Shown one piece after another: positions 46,947-58,200 of a DNA stretch of 64,000 nucleotides (within the stretch, counting starts at the first letter, position 1; each line of letters starts with the position of its first letter). The stretch covers positions 224 to 64,223 of the forward strand of contig QPMI01000284.1 in assembly GCA_004431415.1 (NCBI GenBank), written 5' to 3'. The DNA comes from Cyanophora paradoxa CCMP329. Its lineage: Eukaryota; Plantae; Glaucophyta. Made by a program: the position numbers and the translations under genes. The notes below the pieces were generated by a model, which was not told the origin of the DNA, did not search any database, and saw only the letters and a list, made by a program, of their open reading frames with translations.

Positions 46947-49819
46947 ATGGACATCGACCCGGAACTCGCGTCGCGCGAGCATCTGTTCGGGCAGGATGTG
47001 CACATTACCCTCGCGCGGGCGCTGGGAGAAACGAGCAAACCGCCGGAGCTCATCTCCTTCATCCAGCGCAAGTTCGGCCTGCAGGAGCCAGCCTCCGACC
47101 CCGTCCTCCCGCTGCTGGACCTGCTGGGTGCAAGCCGGGCCGAGTCGTACTCCTATGTGAGCGTGCCCGCAGCCGGGGCGCGCGCTGCGTGCGCCGACGC
47201 TCTGCAGGTCCTTCACCACCTCCTCGAGAAGCTGCGCGAGCGCCTCTCGAAGATGTCGTCCTCGGAGTGCGAGTCCCGCGCCGCCGCCCGCCGCGGCGGC
47301 CTGAGTCGCGCTCAGGCAGCTGGAGCCCTTCCTGCAGCTGACTTTCCCGTACATCGGCGTGGAAGAGCTGAAGTCGGTGCCGATAGCGATCCTGGAGCGC
47401 ATCCCGCGCGTGCCGGAGGCCTTGCTGCGGACCCTCTCCTCGCCGGACTACCGGGCCGTCTACCGCGTGCGCCGGCGGCCACCGCGCGCGGGATCGGCGT
47501 GGTGCGGGCGCTGAGGGAGGGCGCAGGAGCTGCCGATCGCGGTGAAGCGGCAGGTGTGGGAGTCGAGCGAGGGGACGGCGCTCTTCCGCGAGCATGTCCT
47601 GCCCCTCATCGACCGCTACGCCTCCGAGGCCGCCGCCGCCCGCGCCCACCTCGAGCTCCTCAACTCTCCCGGGCCGCCCCGCAAGCGGTGCCGCCCCGCC
47701 CCCGCCCGCCCGAGGGGCCACCCTTCGCCCCGCGGCGGCCGACGGGAGGGCGGGGGGCGGGCAGGCGGGGGGAGAGTGGGGCGCTGCGGGAGCTGTGCGA
47801 GGCGGTGGGGGCCTCGGGGCCGCTGTACGAGCGGGTGGTGGGCCTGCTGCGGCAGCGCTACGCCGAGGCCCCGAGCGGCGCCCTCTGCACCCTCCGCTCC
47901 GACCTCGTCATGGCCGCCCACGAGGCCGGCGCCTCCGCCGTGCGCCGCGCCCCCCGCCCGAGGCCCTCCGGGCGCGTGGCCGAGCGCGGGCGCAGCTGTA
48001 CGAGCGGGACGCGTGCCACAAGCTCGCCTGGTGCCTGGACGCCTGCCTCGGCCTCAAGGACGGCCTCCTCGACGCCCGCCAAGTCCGCGAGATCGAGGTC
48101 CCCCCGCCCCGCCCCCCGCCCCTGCGCCGGCCGCCGGGTCGCTGATGGTGGGGCAGGGGTTCCTCGCGGGGTGCGGGCGGGAGGCGGTCGCCGACGCGGC
48201 GCTCGTGCTCCACGACCCGCACGTCGAGGCGAGGCCGCGCGCGCCGCCCGCCGCCGGCTCCTCGCGCTGAGGGCAGGCGCAGCACGCGCTGGTGCGGAAC
48301 GTCCTCGCGGGGCTCCACGAGTGCGCCCGCCGCGCCGCCCTCCCCCGCTTCAGGTGCCCCGCCCCGCCCCCGCCCCGCCTCCCCGCCCCACGCCGCCCGC
48401 AGCGCCCGCCTCGTGCACGTCACGCGCCTCCTCGCCCTCGCCGCCCGCGCCGTCCCCGGCTTCGTGCGCCCCGCCCCCGCCCCCGCCCCCGCGGCGGCGG
48501 CGAGCGCCGGCCCCGCAGAAGGCGCCCGAGAGAGGAGACAAGGAGCCGACCCGGGCAGCCCCTGACCCTGCGGCGCGCCCCGCCCCGCCCGCACTCTCTC
48601 CCCGCGCCCCTGACGGGCCGTGCGCGCCCCGACAGCTGCTGCGGGAGCTGTACCCCGCGCTGGTGGGCGTTCTGGTCGACTCGGCCGTCGCGCGCGCGGT
48701 GCGGCCGGCACCGCGGCCCGCCCCGGCCCGCTGCGGCCAGCCGCGCCTCACTTCCTCCTCCGGGGGCAGGGCAAGGCGCGCGGGGACGGGACGCTGAACC
48801 CCGCGGTGCGCCCCCGCACGCCGGCCAGCTCCGGCGGCGACCGGCGCGCAGGAGCTGCGCCAGATCGACCTCGGGCCGCCGCCGGCCGCCCTCGCGCCCC
48901 TCGTCGCCGCCAGCGGCCACGCACGCAAGGCGCCCCCTCCCGCCCCCTCGCCCTCGCCCTCGGCCGTGCTCGCTCTGAGGGGCGGGCTCGCTCAGATCGT
49001 GGGTGCGCTGGCGCTCGCGGGGCTGCGGCGGGGCGACGTGCCCCTCTTCCTCCACCTCGCCCCGCTCCTCGCGCCCCCGCCCGGGGAGCCCCGCGGCTGG
49101 GCCTCCGAGGAGGCCCTCGTCTTCGGCTACAGCCTCGCCTCCGAGCTCGTCGCCCCCGGCCCCGTGCCTCAGTTCCTCCGCGCCGGCGGCGGGGGCGGGG
49201 CGGCGGGGGCCGGCGGGGAGGAGGAGGAGGCGGGGAGGGGGACGCCGAGGAGGCGCGGCGCGGGGCCTGGGTGCAGCGCCTCCTCGCCCCGGGCCCGGCC
49301 GCCCCGGGGCGCGCCTCCTCGGCGACGCCCGCCTCCGGGCGGCCGCGCTGCCGGCCTTCCTCCTGCCCCTCTCCCGCGCCTGCGCGCTCGGCCACGAGGC
49401 CGCCCTCCGCGTCCTCCTCGTCGCCGCCACCCTCCCCGCCCGCGCCGGGGGGTACGTCGTCAAGGACCCAGGTGCCCTCGCCGACGACGCGCAGCGTGCG
49501 CGGTCGCCTCACGAGCGCGCCCGCCCTTCGACAGAGCTCCTCTCGCTCCTGCGCGAGGCCACAGAGCGCGGGCGCCTCACGGACCCCGTCGGCTCCGCCG
49601 CCCGCACCTGGGCTTCCGGGTACCCCTCGACCCTCCCGCCCGGCCCCCTGCCGCCGCCGGGGGCCGAGGGCGGGGCGCAGGGCGGGGGCGACGACGGCGC
49701 GGACGGCGCTGGCGGCGTACCGCGCGCTGCTGGAGCGGGCGCCCGACCGCCTGCACGACAACTCCGCCCAGTTCATCATGTCCTACATCAAGGCACACGC
49801 TTCCCTCGCCGCCCCCTAG
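46947..49819 (+). CDS. NELFB: Negative elongation factor B (COBRA1) homolog
   Basis: LPLLDLLG, FPYIGVEELKSVP, VKRQVW, PRKRR, LYERVVGLLR, CTLRSDLVMAAH, DACHKLAWCLDAC, ARQVREIEGFL; these match metazoan NELF-B motifs (CTLRAELLMSLH, DPCHKFTWCLDAC) in order. Confidence 0.9.
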
Positions 49820-49964
49820 CGGCCCCCGCCCCCCGCTCTCCGCCCCGCCCGCCCCGCCCCGTGCCTGCCCAAGAAAAGAGAAGCCAGCCGCTGAGCGACG
49901 CGCCGTGACGTCCTTCTCCCGACCCATGCATTCGGGCTGGGCGCTGGGGGGCGGTGCGGGGCGG

Positions 49965-52900
49965 CTAGCTGCCGAGGGGGTAGATGCGGAGGCAGGTGGT
50001 GTCGCCGTCGCCGACGCGGACGGCGCGGAGCCGGTACTCCGCCGCCAGCGCCGCCTGCCGCGCCGCCGGTGAGAAACTGCAACGCCGGGGCGGCGGGGGG
50101 CCGGGGCGGCCGGGCGCGGTGGGGGCGGGGGCGGGGGGACCTGGAGGTCGACGAGGGGGGCGGGGCGGGGCAGGAGCTCGACGCGCTGCTGCTTGGGGAT
50201 CACCACCCGCTCCACCGCCAGCCGCGCCTCCTCCAGCGCCTCGATCTGACCCCCCGCCGCGAGATCAGCGGCGCCCCCGGGGGGAGGGGGGCGGTGCGCG
50301 CGCCTCCTCCTCGCACGCCGCGCCCCTCCGCGTCCTGCCGGCCGCCGGCCCCGCCCCGCCCTGCGCCTCCCGCAGCGGCGCCGACGAGGCCGCCCCGAGC
50401 GCCGCGCCGCGCCCGACCTGCTCCTGCCGGCGCTCCTCGAGGCGGCGGCAACGGCGGCGGCGGCCTCCGCCGCCTCCGCCGCCTCGGCGGCCTCCGCGGA
50501 ACGGCGGGCGGCGCGGCGGGCGGCGTGGCTGGGCGCCGGCGGCTCGGGCTCAGCGGACGGCTCCTCCTCCTCGAGCTCCTCCCTGCGGGGGGCGCTGAGG
50601 CGGCAGGGAGGGCGCGCGGGGCGGGGCCGGGGCGGACGCGTCGAGGCCGCAGAGGGCGCGGAGGGCGCGGGAGACGTGCGGCATCGTCCCGCTCTTGACC
50701 GTGTAGATCGGCAGGTCGTGCTGCGCCGCGTCAGCGGGAGGGGCCGGGGGCGGGGCCGGGGGCGGCGGGGGCGCCTGGCGGGCGAGGGAGCGGAGGCGGG
50801 CGTTGGCGCGGGCGTAGCTGCGGAGGGCGAGGAGGGCGTCGGCGCGGGCCGGCTCGCCGGTGACCACCACGGGGAGGCCCAGCGAGGAGACCGCCTGCTC
50901 CACCGCCGCCCGGCTCAGCTCGTACGGGTACACGTACACGCGCCCCTCCTCCGCCTCCTCCACCCCCAGCTGCTCCCACTGCGGGGAGCCGGGCACGATG
51001 GGCCGCTCGTCGAGGGGGATGCGCGCGGGGGCGGACGGGCGGGGCAGGCTGGCGAAGGGCGGCGGGGGGAAGGCAGCGGCGGGGGGGTCGAGGGGCGCGA
51101 GGGGTACGGGCAGCATCTTCCCCGAGGAGCGGAAGCCCCCGGAGCGCCCGGAGGCCGGCGCCCCGCCGGGTCCCGAGGAGGGCCGCAGCGAGCCGCCCCA
51201 CTGGGCCGCCGTCGCCGCGTTGCCGAGCATCAGCGGCTGGCCCCGCCCTCAGCGACGAGCATTGGAACGAAGGCGAGGGGGGTACGCGCGCGCCTGGGGG
51301 GTCTCGTAGGCGGTTTCCACGCGCCCGTCGGCCGCGAGGGAGCGGACCTGCGGGGAGGCTCGGCGGGGGGGCGGGGGGCGGGGCGGGGCGGGGGCCGGGG
51401 GCGGGCCTGGACGGTGGGGTGGCGGCCCTGGAGGAGGCAGTCGACGGTGAAGGAGACGTTCTCGTGCACCGTCCACCGCTCCCGCTCCGCCATCTCCACC
51501 GCCACCTGCCCCCCGCCCCGGGCCCCCGTCACCCTCCCCGCCCCCTCGCCCCCGCGGCCGTGGCCTCGCCTCAAAGGTTGGGGGGCCCTTGCGCTCGAGG
51601 ATGGACTTCTGCGTGCCGCGGCGCCTGGCCTCGTCGTCGCCGAGGGTGACGCTCTGGATGCCGCCGACGAGGTCGCTGAGGGTCGGGTTCTTGATGAGGT
51701 TCTCGAGGTAGTTGCCGTGCGCGGTCCCCACGAGCACCACGCCCCGCTCCGCGATCGTCCGCGCCGCCTGCGCCTCCAGCTCCGTCCCGATCTCGTCAAT
51801 CACGATCACCTGCGCCCCCGGCCCCGCTCGGCCCCGCCCAGCCCCGGCGCCCCCGCGGGGGGCGGGCGGCGGGGGCGCGCCTCGGGCATGTGGTTCTCGA
51901 CGGCCTCGATCATCACCCGGTGCTGCTCCTCCGGCGTCTGCACCTGCGCTGGCGGGGTCGCCGGGGCCGGCGCGCCGCGCGCCGGCGCGGGCGGCCTCGC
52001 CTGCATGCGGCGGGCGCGGCCGATGGCGGGGTGGGGCACGTCCCCGTCCCCCGCGATCTCGTTCGACGTGTCGATGATCACGACGCGCTTGTTCAGCTCG
52101 TCGGCGAAGACGCGCGCGATCTCCCTGCGCGGAGGCTCGCGCCGGCGGACGAGGGCCGGGGGCGAGCGGAGGCGGCGCTGGGCACCGGATGGCGGTCGTC
52201 TTGCCGACGCCGGGCCGCCCGAGCAGCAGGATGCTCTTGCCGGCCGTCACCAGGTCCCGGATGATCTCGACCGTCCCCTCGATGTGCCGCCCCGCGCGGC
52301 ACGTGAGCCCGACGATCTTGCCCTGCCGGTTGCGCATGCACGAGATGCGGTGCAGCGTCGCCTCGATGCCGGCCCGGTTGTCCCCTCCGAACTCACCGAT
52401 CTGCTCCACCACCGAGTCCAGGTCGCCCTGCGAGACGACCCCCGGCATGTACCTGCCAGTGCGCGCCCCCGATCTCAGCGCCCGCCCGCCCGCCCGCGGC
52501 GCCCTGCGAGCGGCGGCCGCACTCGGACACGCCACCGGCGAATCGAATCTCGCACGGCCGCCCCAGATCGAGTACCTGCACCGGTTAAGGCCGAGGCGCG
52601 CGCGCGTCGTGTACTGTGCTCACCACCTGCGCGGCCGGATCAGCGGATCGAGGTGGAAAGCGATGCGACGGACCTCAATAAGGGCGTTTCGCATCTTATG
52701 CTCCTCTACATGCAGGTGGATCCTGTCTGGGAGAACGCGAAGCAGCTTCCCGACGTCGTCTACCGACTCCTCTAGATTGGCGGCCCCGCGGGAGGCCTTG
52801 CGTATCGCCGCATATACTTCGAACGCGGCGACGGAGATCGCTTGGCGGGCCGCCGCAGGGACGGCGGCACCGAAGAAGCGCCGAGCCCACAGCGCGTCCT

Positions 52901-53066
52901 GCAGGGCCGCGGGTGCCTTGGACGCCGTTCGCGATGTCCTTCTTAGCGCAACTGAACAAGCCCGCGGCCGACGCTGCGGCATCATCATGCTCGATGGGCC
53001 GGCCGGCGCGTGCGCATCCTCGTGGACGCCTGCGGCCGGTCGCAGAGCGGCCGATGTGAATGCCAT
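49965..53066 (-). CDS. ycf45: Plastid-targeted Ycf45 (SpoIIIAA-like AAA ATPase with C-terminal R3H-like region)
   Basis: MAFTSA transit peptide; [94 protein letters not shown]. Confidence 0.94.
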
Positions 53067-53129
53067 CGGCTTAAAAAGCTTCTCCTGTACTGCAGAGGCG
53101 AAGTGGCCGCTCTGTTGGACGAATCGGCC

Positions 53130-53551
53130 TAGGGTTTGGCCTTGGTACCCCTCCTCACCTTGACAAGGGACCTTGAACGCCCTTGGTGACCTAGGCCTCG
53201 GCAAGGTTGCCTTAAGGTCCCGCCATACAAATTTTGCACCATACAAATCGTGCACCGAGGTCATAAATAACCTGATCTACCACCAAATCCTGCATCTTCA
53301 ACTCGATCTGTGTGTTAGATCAAGTTGCTCTTTACTACGATTTGTCGCAAAACACAGTTTTCCACCAATACGGCGCCGCGGCGCCAGAAGGGGGGGGTCA
53401 GCCGAGGCTGCCCTGGCCGCTCCCATACAAAAAGTTTGTATGGGCGGACCTTGACCCTTTCCTTGAGCACCCGGACACCTTGGCAAGGGCACCTTGAACG
53501 GCCTAAAAAGGTACCTTGAAGCAAGGGCTTTCCTTACAAGGCCAATCCCTA
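53130..53551. mobile_element. Non-autonomous hAT-type MITE (422 bp)
   Basis: 15-bp TIRs TAGGGTTTGGCCTTG (53130-53144) and CAAGGCCAATCCCTA (53537-53551, one mismatch); perfect 8-bp TSD AATCGGCC at 53122-53129 and 53552-53559; many subterminal CCTTG/CAAGG motifs. Confidence 0.85.
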
Positions 53552-53667
53552 AATCGGCCGCTCTGCGGGGTACCGTGATTGCGACAGACGTTTGCGACAG
53601 ATTGAGGGGTACCGTGATGGATCGGCGGGGCGGGTACTTATACGAATTTCGTCCCTTTCGTCATGTA

Positions 53668-54107
53668 CGAAAGTTGGACGAATTCGACAAGTTGGACGAT
53701 GCGCAACCTTCGTCCAACTTTCGTCCAACTTTCGTCCAACTAGTACCAGCACTCCGACTGGTACTTCGAATTCGTCCAACTTTCGTCCAACTTTCAAGTT
53801 TCGTCCAACTAGTACTAGTACCAGCACTCCGACTGGTACTTCAATTTCGTCCAACTTTCGTCCAACTTTCGTCCAACTTTCGTCCAACAAGTACCAGCAC
53901 TCCGACTGGTATACGTATACGTACGTATATACGTATATATACCGTAGTACAGGTCCGATGTCCGAAAGGCTTAGTCCCGTAGGTTCATCTCTCGACTTGA
54001 CACAGATGGACACCTCAGTTATATCTCTAGCCATTTGTCTCGGTGTGTGCGAATTCATTGATTAATGGTATACGTACGTATACTTCGTCCAACTTTCGTC
54101 CAACTTT
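53668..54107. repeat. Modular array of 11-bp TTCGTCCAACT repeats and AGTACCAG-CACTCCGA-CTGGTACT hairpins
   Basis: 12 forward and 2 inverted copies of the 11-mer core; three hairpin copies at ~53742, ~53817 and ~53890; TATACGTA palindromic runs. Confidence 0.9.
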
Positions 54108-54422
54108 CCTTCAGCCCGTACCCAGGCGCGGCTGCAGATCTAGAGCGCCGCGCTGTTCTGACTTCACGACTGTCAGCAGGTACAAAGCTTATGCCGAGCG
54201 CGCGCGGACCGCCGCTGCCAGCGGGCTGCAGCTGCATGCACGGCGCAGCGGCGGCGGTACCGGTGGTGGTGGGGGCGGTGGCGGCCACGGCAAGAGCGGC
54301 GCCGGCAGGCGACTGAACGAGAGAAACCTGCTTTTGAGATGGACCAAGGAGATACAAGTAAAGAGCGGACAATGGAGGCGAAGTAGGGGGAAACGGGATG
54401 AGGCAGACTAAGCTCACAAGAG

Positions 54423-55073
54423 TCACAACTCGCCGCGCTGGTACAAAACCTGCAGCGCGCGGTGAACGCATATCCGCTCGCTTAAAAGCGACAATGCTCA
54501 CGTATTGCGCGTAGAGCCACACAAGGACAGCGACGACGCCGGCTGCGCCCGGATGATTAGACGGGAAGGCGACGGGCGTGGACGGCAAACGCCATGCGCG
54601 GACAGCCCCGTGCACGGACCTCCCTGCGTAATCTTCACGGAGAGGTCCAAGAGCTTCTGGTACGGGGTCTTCTGGGTGTCTCGCGCGGGCATATCGTTTC
54701 CGTCCAGACCGGCGCGCCGGCGGTAGCCGTCCTTGATAACCTTGGAAGTCGGCTGCACTGCAATGTGCGTTAGCTATTGCTTGCCCGGCTAGCGGCGGCG
54801 CAGGGTGAGCGCACTCGATGCACGGCGCTTCTTCGCTTCGATGAAGAAGGGCGTTGCGCTGGCTGGCTGGGCCGGAGCGTGCGCGACGAACAGAGGCGAA
54901 GGCTGCTCCTCGCCGGCCACAAACAGGCGCCGGCGGGCCTGCACGGCGGCGAGGGCTGTGCACGCCGTCGGCCGCGCTGCCACGCGCGACGAGCTCGAGC
55001 TCGCCGCGGGCAGTCCGCGTGCCTCAGCTGTCACAGGCACCGATGCCCCGACGAACGCTGGTGCTAGAGACAT
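54423..55073 (-). CDS. Small plastid-targeted single-TM protein of unknown function
   Basis: Four exons: MSLAPAFVGASVPV...PFFIEA presequence, then KKRLQPTSKVIKDGYRRRAGLDG...KLLDLSVKITQGAGVVAVLVWLYAQYVLYQRGEL*. Confidence 0.65.
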
Positions 55074-55279
55074 CGATCTGTGCGTCGATTTCAACCGGGG
55101 GCGAAATCTGGGTAGGGTACAGAGCTCTTCGTTCCCGGGCAGGGCGAGCAAGTTCAAGATCGCGAAGCGGAAGTCGAAAGTTGAAAAAAGTGCATTATGG
55201 CATCGACGTCTAGGGCTATCGAGGGAGGGAGCGTAGAATCTCATGTCCTGCCTAGTCTGCGGGAACGCAAGATTGGGCC

Positions 55280-58200
55280 CTAGCTACTGAAAAACTCGGA
55301 GGAGTCGCCGCCCTGGGGTCCCGGCGGAGGCGCGGGGGGCCCGGGGGGCGCCTGGCCCCACTGCTCGCCCTCGCCTGCGGCGGGAGCGGCGGGGGCGCTA
55401 GTGCCCTCGCCGGCGGGGGCGCCGGCCTCGGGCGCCGGGGCGATGGGCTTCGGGATGAAGACGTTGACCTTGGGGGGGAGAGCTGCGCGCGCCGACCGGT
55501 TCACAAGGGGCGCCCGCGCGCCGCGCGGGGCGGGGCGGGGCGGGCGCACGTTTGCGGGGGGCGGTGGCGGGGGCGGGGGCGGGGGCGGCGGGGCCGGCGG
55601 GGGCGTCGCCGGAGGCGAAGGTGTCGACGTAGCGGGAGCGGACGCTGCGGACAGCCTGGCGCTGGAAGCGGTTCGCGCCGCCGCCGGGGGCCGTCGGGAT
55701 GGCCGAGAGGGAGGCGTAGGGGTCGTGGCCGCCGAAGCCGCCCCCGGGGGCCGAGGGGCCGGCGGGGGCCATGTGCATCGGGGCGGTCGGGATGGGGCCC
55801 GAGAGGTAGTGCGAGGGGGGCGGGGGCGGCGCCTCGTCCATCTTGGGGGGCGCCTGCCCCCGCTTGAGCCACATCTTGTGCTCCTTGTCGTAGTAGAACT
55901 GGGCGGGCGTGAGGGGCTCCGGTGCGAGGAGGGGCCGGGGCGGGGCACCTGGTTCTCCTCGCCGAGCTTGGCCTCGATGGACTTGACGCCGAAGACGCCG
56001 CGGATGAGCGAGCCGAAGCGCGCCAGCGCCGGGTTCGACGCCGTCGGCACGCCCCCGCTCCCGCTGCCCCCGGCCCCGGCCCCGCCCTCGCCAAGCCCGG
56101 AGGCACCGCCACCACCACCACCGCCACCACGGCCCCTGCTCTCGTCCTCGGTGGCCCTCCTGCGCGGACAGATGAGGGGGTCGACGGACGAGGCCGAGGG
56201 CGCGGCGCCGACCTCGGCTTGTTCGCCAGGTCGCTCAGCGCGTCGCCGCCCGAGGAGGAGCCGGCGGCGGCGGCGCCCTGCGAGGAGCGGCCCTGCTGGG
56301 GCCCCTCCGCGGCGGCGGCGGCGCCGGCGGCGGCGCCGACGACCTTGCCGAGGGCGCCGCCGACGAGGCCAACGAGGCCGCCGAGCTTGGGGAGGAGGGA
56401 GAAGGCGGCCCCGACGCCCCCGCGGGAGCCGACGGCCGCCTTCAGCGTCGCCTCCGCGTCCGCCAGCTGCGCCAGGAACGCCGGGCTGCGCGCCGCCGTC
56501 AGGGGCGCGGCGGGGGGCAGGGGGGCGGGGCGGGGCGGGGCGGGGCGCCTGTAGCGGAACTCGTGGGCGGAGCGCTTGACGGCGGCGACGAGGGCCTCGA
56601 CGTAGCGCGCGGCCGCCTCGACGCGGCCGGCCTCGGCGAGCGAGAGCGCGAGGTAGAGCTTGTACGGCTGCAGCGCCGGCAGCACGAACTGCGAGTTCGC
56701 CGCCTGCCGCCCGTACTCCAGCGCCTCCGTCCGCAGGATCGCCTCGAACGCCCTGCCGACCCGGCGTCGGGCCCCGCGCGGCGCGGGGGCGGGGGGCGGG
56801 GCGGGGGGCGGACGGGAAGGAGCGGCGGGCGGGGCTGGAGGGGTCGCGGTGGTCGGCGCCGAGGAGGACGAGGCGCGCCTCGGGGCGGTCCGCCTCGAAG
56901 GGCGCCTCGGCGAGGAGGTAGCACACGTGCGCCGCCGCCGAGTTGCCGGCGCCCCACAGCGCGTCCCCCATCTTGCTGATCGCCCCCCGGTCGTCCTGCG
57001 CCCCCTCAGCGCCGCCCGGCAAAGGCGGCCTCGCGGCGGCGGGGCGCGCCTGGGTGCGGTTGGCGAGGAGGATGCAGAGGTTCTCCTGCCAGTTCTCTAG
57101 CACGGCGCTCGAGCCGGAGCCCTCGCCGGCCCCCGGCGGCCCCGCCCCGTCCATGCCGCCGGCCCCGTAGCTGCTCCAGCCGTCCGCCGAGGGCCCCTGG
57201 CTGGCGGCTCCGGCGGGGAGCTCCTTGAAGAGCTCTGCGGGAGGGCGGGGGTGAGGCGGGGCGGGGCGGGCGATGGGCGGGGCGCGCGCCGTCGGTGCGG
57301 TGCGCGAAGGCGTAGTGAAGGGTGCGGAGGGGGGCCCCCGGGGCGAAGGCGCGGGCGGCGAACTGGGCGATGGTCTCGTGGTAGGTGTTGAGGTCGACGA
57401 AGGAGGCGACGAGGAGGGCGACGCCCCAGAGCTCCGCCTCCACCGCCTTCCTGCACGCCTCCGCCCGCCGGCCCCGCAGGAGCAGCGACTGCACCTCCGC
57501 CGCCGCCCGCTGCTGCTCCCCGTCGCCGGCGCCGCGGTGCGCGGCGGCCGGCTGCAGCACGGGGGCCTGGTAGGCCGTCGCCCAGGCGGAGCTCTCCTCC
57601 GACTTGGAGGCGGCGAGGAGCTCGAGGACGGCCTTGAGGGCGGCCCCGTCGCCGCCCTCGCTGGCGAGCGCCCCGTAGTGCTCCACGGCGACCCGCAGAA
57701 GCGCGTAGAGGAGGCGCAGGCCCTCCCCGGAGCGCCCCGCGGCGGCCGCCTCGTCGAAGGCGGGGCCGCGGCCCTTGGCGCCCTCCTCCAGCCAGCGGAG
57801 GAGCGCCTCCTTGGGGGAGGAGGCGAGGGGCCCCGCCACGCGCGCCAGGGCCGCCATGTGCGGCGTCCCCTCCAGCAGCCGCCCCAGCTGGTGCACCGTC
57901 ACCGGACCCCCCGTGAGCTTGTCCGTCTCCCCGCCCGCCGCCGCGAAGGCGCTGCGAGGGGGTCAAGAGGGCGGGGCGGGGCGGGGCGGGGCGGGCGGGC
58001 CTGAAGGAGGAGCGCGGCTGGGGAAACATGACGGCGAGGCGCCCGCCGAAGCCGAAGCGCACGAGCGGGTGGCCCGGCCGCCTCAGCATGTACTCCCCCG
58101 CGTTCGGGGGCGCCGGCTGCTGCTGCTGCTGCCCGTACCCCTGGCCGGGGTAGAAGTCGCGCGGCCCGGCGTAGCGCTCGGGCTGGTAGGCCCCCGAGGG

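Noticed and set aside
53700-53915. CRISPR-like appearance of hairpin repeats separated by spacers
   Set aside because: The spacers are themselves the same 11-mer repeat rather than unique sequence; there are only three units, no cas genes, and the context is eukaryotic
53494-54065. ORFs with RPTFVQL/SSNF repeats
   Set aside because: Translations of the non-coding 11-bp repeat
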